Source: Burkholderiaceae bacterium
GTDB lineage: Bacteria > Pseudomonadota > Gammaproteobacteria > Burkholderiales > Burkholderiaceae_E
Assembly: GCA_036826495.1 (NCBI GenBank)
Contig: DAISWF010000010.1
Location: 1-51,101, forward strand
Reading direction: 5' to 3'
Length of the DNA: 51,101 nt
Made by a program: the position numbers and the translations under genes. Shown in pieces: positions 8,631 to 18,331 of the stretch (the stretch's first letter is position 1; each line of letters opens with the position of its first letter). Below the pieces are notes generated by a model that searched no databases, was not told where the DNA came from, and saw nothing but the letters and a program-made list of their open reading frames with translations.

Positions 8631-10325
8631 TCACCCGGCTGCGACCGCGACGTCCGCTGCCCGAGCCTCCCGCCGTGATGCCGCGGCGGACACGCCGCAC
8701 AGCAGATCGGCCCCTTTCTCGCCGATCATCATCGACGCCGCATTGGTGTTCGACGCCGGCATCGTCGGCATCACCGACGAATCGATCACGCGCAGCCCCT
8801 GCAGGCCGTGCACCCGCAGCTCGGCATCCACCACCGCCAGGCGGTCCGGCCCCATGCGGCAGGTGCCGACCGGATGGAACGACGTGGTGGCGGACTGCTT
8901 CACATAGGCCAGCAGCTCCTCGTCGCTCTGCACGGCGGCGCTCGGACGGGTCTCGCGCACCACATACGAAGCCAGCGCCTGCTGCGCCGCCACCGTCCGT
9001 GCCATCCGCACCGACGCGACGACATCGAGCCGATCCTCCTCCGCCTCCAGGTAGCGCGGATCGATCAGCGGGTCGGCCTGCGGATCGGCGCTCGAGACAT
9101 GAACGAACCCGCGCGAAGCCGGCCGAAGCTGGAAGCAGCCGATCGAGAAGCCGGGATGGTCGTCGAGCATCGCGCCGGGCGCGCCGCCGGTCGTCATCTC
9201 GAAGCGTGCGTTGCCGGAGAGCTGCGCCAGTTGCAGCTTGACGCTCGGCCGCGCGCGGCCCAGCGCGATGTCGCGGGCGGTGCGCGCCAGCGCATGGATC
9301 GTGAAGGCCGGCGTCGCCATCAGGCCGCGGCGCGTCGTCAGGTACTGCAGCCCCAGCAGCATCTGCCGCCACGGGTGGCCGACGATCTGGTTGAGCCCCA
9401 GCGGACGATCGGCCTGGAAGGTGATGCGCGTCTGCGCATGGTCGATCAGATTCTCGCCGACACCGGGCAGCTCATGCACGACCGGGATGCCCAGCGAGCG
9501 CAGTCGCTCCGCCTGGCCGATGCCCGACAGCTCCAGGAGCTGTGGAGACTTGACCGGGCCGGTGGCCAGGATCACCTCGCGCGCCGCCATCGCCCGGACG
9601 ACGCGGCCGCCCTGCCGATATTCCACGCCCACCGCGCGCCGGCCGTCGAACAGCACGCGGCGCGCGATCGCTTCCGTTTCCACCTGCAGGTCGGGCAGCT
9701 TCCAGCCGTTCAGATAGGCGGTGGCGGTGTCGCAGCGCTGGCCGCGACGCGTGTTCAACTGCAGGTAGCCCACGCCTTCGTAGCGCTCGCCGTTGTAGTC
9801 GTCGTTGGCGGGAATGCCGGCCGCCACGCAGGCGGCATGGAACGCATCGGACAGCGCATCCGGCATGCCGGCCAGCGTGTCGATGTGCACCGGGCCGTCA
9901 CGCCCGCGAAACGCGTCGCGGCCGATCGTCGTGGCCTCCTGGCGCCTGAAGTACGGCAGCACGTCGTCGTACCCCCAGCCGGCGTTGCCGAGCTCGCGCC
10001 AGTGGTCGTACTCGGCCGCTTCGCCGCGCACGTAGATCGTGCCGTTGACGCCGCTGCTGCCGCCCAGCATCCGGCCGCGCGGCCAGTAGACGCTCTGCCC
10101 GGCCAGCGAGCCCTGCTGCTCGGTGCGGAAGGTCCACACGTAGCGCGGGTCGCCGACGACCTTGGCGATGCCGATGGGCGCCCTGATCCAGAAGTCGCGC
10201 TCCCGCGAGACGCCGGCCTCCAGCAGCAGCACACGGCCGCGACCGCGCTGCGCAAGACGCGTGGCAACGATGGCGCCGGCCGAGCCGGCGCCGACGACGA
10301 TGTAGTCGGCCTGTCGATCGTTCAT
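8631..10325 (-). CDS. GMC-family FAD oxidoreductase (choline/alcohol dehydrogenase-like)
   Basis: 564 aa. FAD fingerprint is DYIVVGAGSAGAIVATRLA. GMC signature 1 is GRMLGGSSGVNGTIYVRG. C-terminal catalytic region is TSFHPVGTCRMG...LRVIDSSVMPTMPASNTNA. Confidence 0.92.
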   Translation of the reverse strand: MNDRQADYIVVGAGSAGAIVATRLAQRGRGRVLLLEAGVSRERDFWIRAPIGIAKVVGDPRYVWTFRTEQQGSLAGQSVYWPRGRMLGGSSGVNGTIYVRGEAAEYDHWRELGNAGWGYDDVLPYFRRQEATTIGRDAFRGRDGPVHIDTLAGMPDALSDAFHAACVAAGIPANDDYNGERYEGVGYLQLNTRRGQRCDTATAYLNGWKLPDLQVETEAIARRVLFDGRRAVGVEYRQGGRVVRAMAAREVILATGPVKSPQLLELSGIGQAERLRSLGIPVVHELPGVGENLIDHAQTRITFQADRPLGLNQIVGHPWRQMLLGLQYLTTRRGLMATPAFTIHALARTARDIALGRARPSVKLQLAQLSGNARFEMTTGGAPGAMLDDHPGFSIGCFQLRPASRGFVHVSSADPQADPLIDPRYLEAEEDRLDVVASVRMARTVAAQQALASYVVRETRPSAAVQSDEELLAYVKQSATTSFHPVGTCRMGPDRLAVVDAELRVHGLQGLRVIDSSVMPTMPASNTNAASMMIGEKGADLLCGVSAAASRREARAADVAVAAG

Positions 10326-10335
10326 TGCGATGTCC

Positions 10336-11793
10336 TCAATCGAACGCGATCACCGCTCCCGGCGCCGGCGTGAAGCCGAGGTCGCCGCGGGCGATCACCG
10401 CTTCGCGCCCGCCGTTGGCCTCCAGCAGCTCGGCCTGGCGGGAACGCGCGCGGGCATCCACCTCGTCGGGATCGCAGATCGCCTGCAGCCGCCGGCGGCA
10501 CTCTTCCACGACGGCCGCGTATCGCGGGTCGGCCGCCAGATCGCGCAGTTCTTCGGGGTCCGCCTCGAGATCGAACAACTGGCCGGGGTAGCGGGAGTAG
10601 TGGATGAACTTCCACTTGCCGTGACGGATCATGAAGGCGCCCGAGGTCGAGCCCATGCCGTGGTACTCGACCAGCACGCTGCGGTCGGGCTTCGCGCCGT
10701 CGGCGATGTCGAACAGCGACACGCCGGGAAAGCCTTCGCGCAGCCCGGGCTCGGCATGACCGGTGGCATCCAGCACGAACGGATAGAAGTCGACGTGACT
10801 GACCGGCGTGTCGACCACCTTCGCGCGGGCGATGTCGGCGCCGGCCATGATCAGCGGTACGCCGGCCGCCTCCTCGAACAACGTGGTCTTCCCCCACAGC
10901 CCGCGGGCGCCGAGGTTGTCGCCGTGATCGCTGGTGTAGAGCACGCGGGTGTCGTCCGCGAGGCCGGCGTCCTGCAGCGCGCGCAGCACCTTGCCGACGT
11001 TCTCGTCGAGGAACGAGCACAGTCCGTAGTAGCCGGCAACGGCCTTCTTGACCGTCCCGGCATCGAAGTAATCGTCGTAGTTGAAGCTCTTCGCGTAGTC
11101 CACCAGGTACGGATGACGCGGCCGCTCGGATTTTCCGTACAGCTTGGGCATCGGCAGCGCGCGATCGTAGTAGCGGTAGAAATGCTCGGGCGGCGCGGTC
11201 AGCGGGAAGTGCGGGCACACGAAGCTGACGAACAGCACCCAGGGCCTGCCGGCATCGCGCCGCGCCTTGTCGCGCAGCCAGACCTGCGCGCGGGCCGCGA
11301 TCTCGCGGTCGTAGAAGGTGTACTGGCTTTCTCCGGGCCCCGCGAACCTGGCCATCTTGTACGCGCCCTTGCGCACCGGCAGGTCGCTGCGCACGAGGCC
11401 CATCAGATCGCCCTTGCCCTCGATCACGTGCATCGGGATCTGTTCTTCGGTGAAGCCGTGATCCTCGCCCGGCAGCCGGAAATGGAGCTTGCCGATCGAC
11501 ACCACCTCGTGCCCGCGATCGCGCAGCTTGTGGTGCCAGCTCGGTGTCGCGCCGTCGTAGGCATCGGCGTTGTCCCAATAGCCGATCTGGTGGATGTACT
11601 TGCCCACCGCGAAGGAGGCGCGCGCCGGGATGCACACCGGGCTGGTGCAGTAGGCCGACGAGAAACGCGTGCCCTGCGCCGCCAGCGCGTCGAGGTTCGG
11701 GGTCTGCACGATCTCGTGCCCATGGCAACCGAGCATCTTCGGCGAATGCTCGTCCGACATGATCACCAGGAGGTTCTTTGCGGGCCGTGTCAT
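10336..11793 (-). CDS. Cys-type (formylglycine) sulfatase, choline-sulfatase-like
   Basis: Start set at MTRPAKNLLVIMSDEH (ATG 11793); the track ORF carries a 95-aa Arg/Ala-rich off-gene extension. CxPxR maturation motif is in TSPVCIPARASF. Also has SDHGDNLGARGLWGK and LFDLEADPEELRDLA blocks, which resemble BetC-type sulfatases. Confidence 0.9.
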   Translation of the reverse strand: MTRPAKNLLVIMSDEHSPKMLGCHGHEIVQTPNLDALAAQGTRFSSAYCTSPVCIPARASFAVGKYIHQIGYWDNADAYDGATPSWHHKLRDRGHEVVSIGKLHFRLPGEDHGFTEEQIPMHVIEGKGDLMGLVRSDLPVRKGAYKMARFAGPGESQYTFYDREIAARAQVWLRDKARRDAGRPWVLFVSFVCPHFPLTAPPEHFYRYYDRALPMPKLYGKSERPRHPYLVDYAKSFNYDDYFDAGTVKKAVAGYYGLCSFLDENVGKVLRALQDAGLADDTRVLYTSDHGDNLGARGLWGKTTLFEEAAGVPLIMAGADIARAKVVDTPVSHVDFYPFVLDATGHAEPGLREGFPGVSLFDIADGAKPDRSVLVEYHGMGSTSGAFMIRHGKWKFIHYSRYPGQLFDLEADPEELRDLAADPRYAAVVEECRRRLQAICDPDEVDARARSRQAELLEANGGREAVIARGDLGFTPAPGAVIAFD

Positions 11794-11798
11794 GGCGC

Positions 11799-12602
11799 TC
11801 AATCCTGCTCGGGGTTGTATTCGGGGACCTGCAAGGGCCGGCGCGTCGGCGGCACGAAGAACTCCTGGTAGTACACGCCGACGTCGCGGCCGGCCCGCGC
11901 CAGCGCCTGCAGGCGCAGACCGTGGATACCGGGCTCGGTCTGAATGTGCTCGCAGGTCTCGTCGTCGAACGGCAGCACCGATACCTGCCGCATGATGGAC
12001 GTGATCGGCAGCTTGCATTGGGCGACGATGAGCTGGCGGAAGTTGGCGCCGTGCAGCTTCTGCAGCGGCATCTTCCACATCGGCTCCAGCAGCTCCCGGT
12101 CGGCGTAGAAACGGCTGAAGACGCGGAACTCGTCATTGACGATGACGATCCGGTCCAGCCGCATCACGCGCGCCGAGCCGGCCAGCACCACGCGCCAGGG
12201 GCCGTCGCCTTCCACCTCCACGCGCTGCAGCGCCTGCGAGAAGATCGGCAGGACGGTTTCGCCGTCGTCGTCGAGGAAGCGGCAATGCCAGGGGTCGTGG
12301 AGCCGCCGCGGCCGGTCGGCGACGAAGCTGCCCAGACCATGCCGCCGCTCGACCAGCCCCTGGTCGGCAAGGTCGCGCAGCGCACGCTGCACCGTGCCCA
12401 GACTGAACGGCGTCAGCGTGGTGAGCTGGTCCTCGGCCGGAAGCCGTTCACCGGGGCGCCAGACGCCGCGCTTGATTCCCTCCACCAGCGTATGCGCCAG
12501 CCGCTGATACTTCGGCCGGCCGCTGCGGTCCGGGCGCTTCAGCAGCTCGAACAGTTCCACCTCCGGCGATCCTGCATCGTTCATCACTTCGTTCTTCCTC
12601 AA
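11799..12602 (-). CDS. GntR-family regulator, HutC subfamily (wHTH + UTRA effector domain)
   Basis: 267 aa. HTH is LPAEDQLTTLTPFSLGTVQRALRDLADQGLVERRHGLGSFV, followed by a UTRA-like C-terminus. Embedded mid-operon, 3 nt after the reductase stop and 5 nt before the sulfatase start. Confidence 0.9.
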   Translation of the reverse strand: MRKNEVMNDAGSPEVELFELLKRPDRSGRPKYQRLAHTLVEGIKRGVWRPGERLPAEDQLTTLTPFSLGTVQRALRDLADQGLVERRHGLGSFVADRPRRLHDPWHCRFLDDDGETVLPIFSQALQRVEVEGDGPWRVVLAGSARVMRLDRIVIVNDEFRVFSRFYADRELLEPMWKMPLQKLHGANFRQLIVAQCKLPITSIMRQVSVLPFDDETCEHIQTEPGIHGLRLQALARAGRDVGVYYQEFFVPPTRRPLQVPEYNPEQD

Positions 12603-12605
12603 CCT

Positions 12606-13562
12606 TCAAAGATCCAGCACCAGCGGCCTGGGCCCCGGCCGCGCGCAGCAGACCAGAAGCCGATGAGCCCGCTCGGCATCATCGAGCACCTGATCGTGGT
12701 GTTCGGGCTCGCCTTCGAGCCAGTCCGTCGCGCAGGTCGAGCAGACGCCCGCTTCGCATGAAGTCGGGATCTCGACGCCGGCGGCGCGCAGCGCCTGCAG
12801 CACGGTCGCGTCGAGCGCCGCCGGAATCGTGCGACCGCTCTTCTTCAGCACGATCGAGGTGCCGCCCTCGCCCGACGGCGTGCCAGCGCTGGCGGCGGCC
12901 GGCTCGGCGCCGAAGTATTCGAAGTGGACGGTGCCGGCCGGCCAATGCGCGCTCGCGGCCTTCGCCGCCTGCATGAAGCCCGCGGGACCGCAGTAGTACA
13001 GATGGGTGCCGGCGCGCGGTTCGGCGAGCAGCCCGGCAAGCGCCAGGCCCTTGGCCGGATCGCCGCCGTCATGATGGAGCCGCACCCGGCCCTCGAACGG
13101 CGGTGCCGTCATCCGGCGGGCGAACGGCGTGCGCTCGGCGCTGCGGGTGCAGACGTGCAGCTCCCAGCTCGCGCCGTCTTCGGCAAGCTGCTCGGCCATC
13201 GCCAGCAGCGGCGTGATGCCGATTCCGCCCGCCAGCAGCACCGTGTGCCGCGCCTGGCGATTCAGCGGAAAGAAATTGTGGGGCCCGGCCACCTCGATGA
13301 TCTGCCCGGCGCGCACGTCACGGTGCATCGCGCGCGATCCACCGCGGCCGCCGGCCACGGCCAGCACCGCGATGCGCCAGTGGTCGCGCCGCGACGGCGC
13401 CTGGCACAGCGAGTATCGCCGCATCAGCCCGCCGGGCACGCGCACGTCCAGGTGCGCGCCCGCCTCGACCGCGGGCAAGGGGGCGCCCGCCGGATCGACG
13501 AGCTCGAAGGACAGGATGTCCTGCGCCTCCCAGGTCACCGATCGGACGCGCAACGGCAGCAT
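12606..13562 (-). CDS. PDR/VanB-type oxygenase reductase (flavin + NAD(P)H + plant-type 2Fe-2S)
   Basis: 318 aa. Flavin motif is RRYSLC. NAD-binding motif is LLAGGIGITPLLAM. C-terminal ferredoxin Cys pattern is CEAGVCSTC...CC. Confidence 0.9.
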   Translation of the reverse strand: MLPLRVRSVTWEAQDILSFELVDPAGAPLPAVEAGAHLDVRVPGGLMRRYSLCQAPSRRDHWRIAVLAVAGGRGGSRAMHRDVRAGQIIEVAGPHNFFPLNRQARHTVLLAGGIGITPLLAMAEQLAEDGASWELHVCTRSAERTPFARRMTAPPFEGRVRLHHDGGDPAKGLALAGLLAEPRAGTHLYYCGPAGFMQAAKAASAHWPAGTVHFEYFGAEPAAASAGTPSGEGGTSIVLKKSGRTIPAALDATVLQALRAAGVEIPTSCEAGVCSTCATDWLEGEPEHHDQVLDDAERAHRLLVCCARPGPRPLVLDL

Positions 13563-13590
13563 GATGGGCTTGTCCTCGCCGGCCGCTCGT

Positions 13591-14991
13591 TCAGGCGGTG
13601 GCCGGCTGCCGCACGGTCAGCCCGCCGTCGAGCTGGTCGAGCTCGCGACGCACGTGCGCGTCGCGCTGCTCGGGCGGCAGCGCATCGGCCGAGCGCATGA
13701 TCTCCAGCACCCGCTTGCCCATCATCAGCAGTTGCCGGCGGTCTTCGGAAGCGGGCAGCTCGGGCAGGCGCAGCACCGAATCCTGCGCATAGATCGGCAG
13801 GGTCTTGCCTTCGGCCAGCAGGCGGGCATGCAGCGGATCGGGCGCGGTCTTGCCGCGCACCAGCTCGCGCAGCAGCTTGCGCAGCAGGTAGACGCCGACG
13901 TCGGAGCCGGCCGGATGCTCCTTCGCGTGCACCGCGATCGGCCGCTGGCTGCAGATCGCCTCCCAGTCGCCCGGCGCGCGCTGCGCCACTTCGTAAGGCC
14001 GTCCGCCGGTCTGGCCGACCAGGAAGTCGATCTTGTCGACGCCGCACTCGCTCTCGTCGCCGAGGCCGTCCGGATCGACCTCGGCGTTGAAATGACGATA
14101 GCCGAAGATGATCATGTTGCGGTCATCGACCGGAACGCTCCACCGGGTGCAGCCGGCGGTGGAATGGCGTTCGCGCGCGGCGGTCGGCAGCAGCGAGCCG
14201 ATCTGCAGGAAGTTGGGCAGGATCATCTCGGTGATCCGCACCCAGACCTTGTCCTCCGGCAGCCGGCGGCTGGCGATGAAGACGATGCCGTTGCCGTTGC
14301 GGGTGGCCTCCCACTGCATCACCGGCATGTCGCCGAACCCTTCCAGCGAGACGCCGTCGGCGGTCGCCGCGTCCACGCCCTCGGCCACCATCTTGTTGTG
14401 CAGCACCGCGGTGTGCATGTGGTCCATGATGTTCTCGTACACCTGCAGCCAGTTGCACGGATAGACGTTCGAGAACGGCACCATGCGGGTGCCCTTGGGT
14501 TGGGTGAAGGTGTCGAAGTTCGGAAACGGCGGCTTCTCTTCTGGCGGCCCCATGTACGCGAACACCAGGCCGTCGCGCTCGAGCGCCGGATAGGCGCCCT
14601 GGCTGACGGTCTGCCTGAGCCGCGTCGCGTCCCGCTCGCAGGGGGCGTCGAGCAGCGTGCCGTCGATGCCATAGTGCCAGCCGTGGTAGCAGCAGCGGAT
14701 GCCGTGCTCGGAGACGATGCCGAACTCCAGCGACGCGCCGCGGTGGGCGCAGTGGCGATGCATCACGCCCACGTCGCCGCTCTTGTCGCGGAACGCGACC
14801 AGGTCCTCACCGAGGATGCGGATCGCCTTCGGCACGTCGGTCAGCTCCTCCGACAGGCAGACGGCCTGCCAGTGGCGGCGCATCAGCTCGCCCATCGGGG
14901 TGCCCGGGTCGGTGCTCGTCAGCTCGAGGTCCGGACCGGGAACGGCGCGCTCGTAGTAGCCGCGGTAGCTCAGGGGTTTGGTCTCGCTCAT
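13591..14991 (-). CDS. Rieske non-haem iron oxygenase, alpha subunit (phthalate-family, class IA partner)
   Basis: 466 aa. Rieske motif is CAHRGASLEFG...CCYHGWHY. Mononuclear iron motif is CNWLQVYENIMDHMHTAVLH (D-x2-H-x4-H). No beta subunit gene is present, and the adjacent reductase is PDR-type. Confidence 0.9.
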   Translation of the reverse strand: MSETKPLSYRGYYERAVPGPDLELTSTDPGTPMGELMRRHWQAVCLSEELTDVPKAIRILGEDLVAFRDKSGDVGVMHRHCAHRGASLEFGIVSEHGIRCCYHGWHYGIDGTLLDAPCERDATRLRQTVSQGAYPALERDGLVFAYMGPPEEKPPFPNFDTFTQPKGTRMVPFSNVYPCNWLQVYENIMDHMHTAVLHNKMVAEGVDAATADGVSLEGFGDMPVMQWEATRNGNGIVFIASRRLPEDKVWVRITEMILPNFLQIGSLLPTAARERHSTAGCTRWSVPVDDRNMIIFGYRHFNAEVDPDGLGDESECGVDKIDFLVGQTGGRPYEVAQRAPGDWEAICSQRPIAVHAKEHPAGSDVGVYLLRKLLRELVRGKTAPDPLHARLLAEGKTLPIYAQDSVLRLPELPASEDRRQLLMMGKRVLEIMRSADALPPEQRDAHVRRELDQLDGGLTVRQPATA

Positions 14992-15009
14992 AGGGGTTGT
15001 TTTCCGCAG

Positions 15010-16455
15010 TCAGGTGGCAAGGTTGGAACGGCTGACGAAGCGTGCCTGCAGGTAGGCGTCCAGCCCCTCGGGGCCGCCCTCGTAGCCGAGCCCGCTGTGC
15101 TTGATGCCGCCGACCGCCGCATCCGCCAGCGCCGGAGTGAAACTGTTGATGCCGATCCAGCCCGCCTCCAAGCGCTCGGCGAAGGCATGCGCGCGATCCA
15201 GCCGGTTCGTGAAGGCGTAGGCGGCCAGGCCGAACGGCGTGGCATTGGCCCGCGTGATCACGTCGTCCAGCTCGCGCCACGGCATCAGCGGCGCGATCGG
15301 GCAGAACGGCTCCTCGTGCAGCAGCCGCGCGGCCGGGTCGATGTCCGTCAGCACGGTGGGTGCGAAGAAGAAGCCGCGCTCGCCGAGCCGTCTGCCGCCG
15401 GCCAGCGCATGCGCGCCGCGGTCGAGCGCATCCTCGACCAGGCTCTGCGCGGCCTGCAGCCGGCGCGGGTTGTTCAGCGGCCCCATCTGCGTGCCGGCCG
15501 CCAGACCGTCGCCGACCTTCAATGCCCTGGCGGCCGCGGCGAAGCGCTCGGCGAACTCCGGCAGGATGCGCTCGTGCACGTAGAACCGGCTGGGCGACAG
15601 ACACACCTGGCCGGCGTTGCGGAACTTGAAGCCGACGCAGGCGGCGGCCACCTTGGCGACGTCGACGTCGTCGAACACGATCACCGGCGCATGGCCGCCC
15701 AGCTCCATCGTCGCCGGCTTGAGCCGCTCGCCGGCGCGCGCGGCCAGCATCCGGCCCACCGCGACCGATCCGGTGAACGAGATCTTCCGGATCGGTTCGG
15801 CATCGATCACCCGTTCGCTGATCTGCGACGGCACGCCGTAGAGCAGGTTGAGCGCGCCGGCCGGCAGACCGGCATCGATCATCGCCCGCACCAGCTCGAT
15901 GCAGGCAGCCGGGCACTCCTCGGCCGGCTTCAGCACCACGGTGCAGCCGGCCGCCAGCGCCGCGGCGACCTTGCGCATCGCCAGCACCGCCGGAAAGTTC
16001 CACGGCACGAATGCGCCGACCGGGCCGACCGGGCGCTTGACGTGGAACTGCTCGAGCCCGGCGGCGCGCGACGGCATCAGCCGGCCATAGGTGCGCTTGC
16101 CTTCCTCGGCGCAGAAGATCATCGTTTCGATCACGCGATCGAGCTCGCCCTGCGAGTCGGCCAGCGGCTTGCCGTTCTCCAGCGTCAGCAGCGCGGCGAT
16201 CCGGTCGCGGCGATCCGTGATCAGCGCCGCGGCCCGGCGCAACACCGCTTCCCGCTGCCATGGGCTCTGCGCGGCCCAGGCCGGGAACGCCGCCTGCGCG
16301 GCACCGATCGCATCATCGATGTCGGCCGCGGTGGCGACCGGCAACCGGGCCAGCGTCTCGCCGCTGGCCGGGTTCACGACGCCAACGGTGTCGCGGCCGG
16401 CCGCACCCCGCCACTCGCCGGCAACGAACAGCGCCAGCTCCCGAGGGTAGTCCAT
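15010..16455 (-). CDS. NAD(P)-dependent aldehyde dehydrogenase
   Basis: Start set at MDYPRELALFVAGEWRG (ATG 16455). Motifs include FVPWNFP, KPAEECP, ELGGHAP, catalytic Cys in FRNAGQVCLSPSR, and EEPFCP. The ATG overlaps the permease stop (ATGA). The track ORF 15010-17313 is a read-through artefact. Confidence 0.92.
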   Translation of the reverse strand: MDYPRELALFVAGEWRGAAGRDTVGVVNPASGETLARLPVATAADIDDAIGAAQAAFPAWAAQSPWQREAVLRRAAALITDRRDRIAALLTLENGKPLADSQGELDRVIETMIFCAEEGKRTYGRLMPSRAAGLEQFHVKRPVGPVGAFVPWNFPAVLAMRKVAAALAAGCTVVLKPAEECPAACIELVRAMIDAGLPAGALNLLYGVPSQISERVIDAEPIRKISFTGSVAVGRMLAARAGERLKPATMELGGHAPVIVFDDVDVAKVAAACVGFKFRNAGQVCLSPSRFYVHERILPEFAERFAAAARALKVGDGLAAGTQMGPLNNPRRLQAAQSLVEDALDRGAHALAGGRRLGERGFFFAPTVLTDIDPAARLLHEEPFCPIAPLMPWRELDDVITRANATPFGLAAYAFTNRLDRAHAFAERLEAGWIGINSFTPALADAAVGGIKHSGLGYEGGPEGLDAYLQARFVSRSNLAT

Positions 16456-17264
16456 CAGCGGCCTCTCCAGTGGACCAGCCGCTGCTCGCCGGCGGACAGC
16501 AGCACGTTGAGCCCGAGGCCGATCGCGCCGATCAGCGCGATGCCGATGAACACCACCGGGATGCGGAACAACTGCGCGGCGTCGGAGATCATGAAGCCCA
16601 GGCCCGCCTGCGCGCCGACCAGCTCGGCGGCCACGACCACCGCCCACGACAACGCCATCGCGACCTTCATGCCGGTGAAGATCTGCGGCACGGCGGCCGG
16701 CAGCACCACGCGGAAGAAGATCTGCGTCGGCGTCAGGCCGATCGACTCGGCCGCACGGTAGTAAGCGATCGGCACCGTCGAGGCGCCGGCATGGGCGTTC
16801 ACGAACGCGTAGTTGAACGCGGTGAACAGGATCAGCACGACCTTGCCGGTTTCGCCGAGGCCGAAGTACAGCACCGCCATCGGGATGAAGGCGATCGGCG
16901 GGATCGGCCGGACGAAGCCCATCACCGGCGCCATGATCGCGCCGATCACCTTGCTGTAGCCCGACAGCAGCCCCAGCGGCACGCCCAGCAGCACGCCGAG
17001 CGCGAAGCCCGACAGCGTGCGGCCGAGGCTCGTGAAGATGTGCGCCCACAGCGTCTTGCCCTTGTAGCCGTTCTCGAGCAGCCCGACCAGTTCGTTCCAC
17101 ATGCCCTGGGGCGTGGGCAGATAGTCGGGGCCGACCACCTTGGCGGCGGTGATCGCGAACCACAGGACCGCCAACGTCACCACGGTGCCGGCCGACCACG
17201 CGACCAGCGGAACCTTGCGTCGCTGGCCGGGCGCCGCCTCGACGCCGGGACGTGCGGCGCTCAC
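16455..17264 (-). CDS. ABC transporter permease, NitT/TauT (sulfonate/nitrate/taurine-like) family
   Basis: 269 aa from GTG 17264, which overlaps the binding-protein stop (GTGA). Multi-TM protein. Carries the EAA-like loop AAESIGLTPTQIFFRVVLPAAVP. Close paralogue of 31979-32803. Confidence 0.88.
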   Translation of the reverse strand: MSAARPGVEAAPGQRRKVPLVAWSAGTVVTLAVLWFAITAAKVVGPDYLPTPQGMWNELVGLLENGYKGKTLWAHIFTSLGRTLSGFALGVLLGVPLGLLSGYSKVIGAIMAPVMGFVRPIPPIAFIPMAVLYFGLGETGKVVLILFTAFNYAFVNAHAGASTVPIAYYRAAESIGLTPTQIFFRVVLPAAVPQIFTGMKVAMALSWAVVVAAELVGAQAGLGFMISDAAQLFRIPVVFIGIALIGAIGLGLNVLLSAGEQRLVHWRGR

Positions 17265-18295
17265 TTGCGTTCCCCTTTCTGGTAGCGCTGCAGGTAGCTC
17301 GGGTCGATCGCATCGGTGATCTGACGGGCGGTGAGCGGCTGCGGAATCGTGCCGCCGGCGGCGAGCGCTTCGCTGGCGACCGCGAGCTTCCTCGCCAGGC
17401 CGCCCTCCTTGGCCGTCAGCGAGAAAGGCGAGGCCGGATCGATCTGCTGCTCCAGCGTCGGAATGCGGGAGAACTCGCGATCGAACGACGCCTTGGCCAC
17501 CTCGCGCGAGATGCCCAGGTGCTTGACGAGTGCGTCGATCCCCAGGTTCGGGTTGGCCGCGATCATCTGCATCGCCTTGGCCTTCACCTGCACGAGTTTC
17601 AGGCCCAGGTCCGGGTTGGCGTTCAGAAAGGCCGGACGCCCTCCGGTCATGCCGGGACACACCCCGCCCTCCGGCGTGTAGTCGGTCGCCCAGTTGGTGA
17701 TCTTGTAACCGGCATTGGCCAGCGTGGCCGACCACGGCGACCAGGCGACGCCGGCCTGGATCGCGCCGCTGGAGAACGCGTTCCCGTACAGCGGCGGCGC
17801 GATGTTGACGACGTTGAGATCGGTGTACTTGATGCCCAGCTTGCGCGCGATCAGGATCAGGCTCACCTGCGCGCAGGTGCCCGACGGCGCTCCGATGGCC
17901 TTGGCCTTCGGCAGATCCGCCACGCCGGTCAGGCCGCTCTTCTTATCGACGATCAGCCCCTCGGCGGCGGCATGATCCAATTCCCAGTAGATCAGCTTGA
18001 GCGGGATGTTCTGGCCGAGCGCGAACACCGTGGCCAGGCCGGTGGTGATCACGTCCAGGCTCTCGCTCTTCAGACCGGCCAGCATCGGCGCGCCGGACGC
18101 GAAGACGAAGAATTCGGGGTCGAGGCCGGCCTCCTTGAACAGGCCCTGGTCACGCGCGACCAGCACCGCGTAGTAGTTGGCGGTGGGAATGCCCCATCTG
18201 AACTTCAGCGGCGCCTGCGCCTGCGCAGCGGCAGGCGCCGCCAGCAAGGCCGGCAGCAGCATGGCGGCAAGCCAGTATCGAAACCATCGCAGCAT
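17261..18295 (-). CDS. ABC transporter periplasmic substrate-binding protein (NMT1/THI5-like, NitT/TauT family)
   Basis: 344 aa. Signal peptide is MLRWFRYWLAAMLLPALLAAPAAAQA. Paralogous to 29949-31010 and 42040-43086; shared blocks include DLPKAKAIGAPSGTCAQV and NIAPPLYxNAFSS. Confidence 0.88.
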   Translation of the reverse strand: MLRWFRYWLAAMLLPALLAAPAAAQAQAPLKFRWGIPTANYYAVLVARDQGLFKEAGLDPEFFVFASGAPMLAGLKSESLDVITTGLATVFALGQNIPLKLIYWELDHAAAEGLIVDKKSGLTGVADLPKAKAIGAPSGTCAQVSLILIARKLGIKYTDLNVVNIAPPLYGNAFSSGAIQAGVAWSPWSATLANAGYKITNWATDYTPEGGVCPGMTGGRPAFLNANPDLGLKLVQVKAKAMQMIAANPNLGIDALVKHLGISREVAKASFDREFSRIPTLEQQIDPASPFSLTAKEGGLARKLAVASEALAAGGTIPQPLTARQITDAIDPSYLQRYQKGERK

Positions 18296-18331
18296 GTCTG
18301 TCTCCTGTCGTTCTTGGTGTGGCGGAACCGG

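Noticed and set aside
10336-12078. Long N-terminal extensions offered by the track for many genes. Examples are sulfatase 12078, coxM 20852, coxD 24743, CoA-transferase A 31840, BCCP 34494, DUF35 35833, CT 37852, ATPase 42870, GMC 43385, binding protein 31424, DUF4242 6184 and permease 17735.
   Set aside because: In each case the family-conserved N-terminus, signal peptide or SD-preceded start lies far downstream. The extension overlaps the preceding gene and has junk composition. The starts were reset, often to ATGA/GTGA coupled starts.
15010-17313. 767-aa ORF that would fuse the aldehyde dehydrogenase to an N-terminal 285-aa extension.
   Set aside because: The extension is an off-frame read-through of the permease gene and is Arg/Gly-rich with no motifs. 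The ALDH fold starts at MDYPRELALFVAGEW (ATG 16455), which overlaps the permease stop as ATGA.
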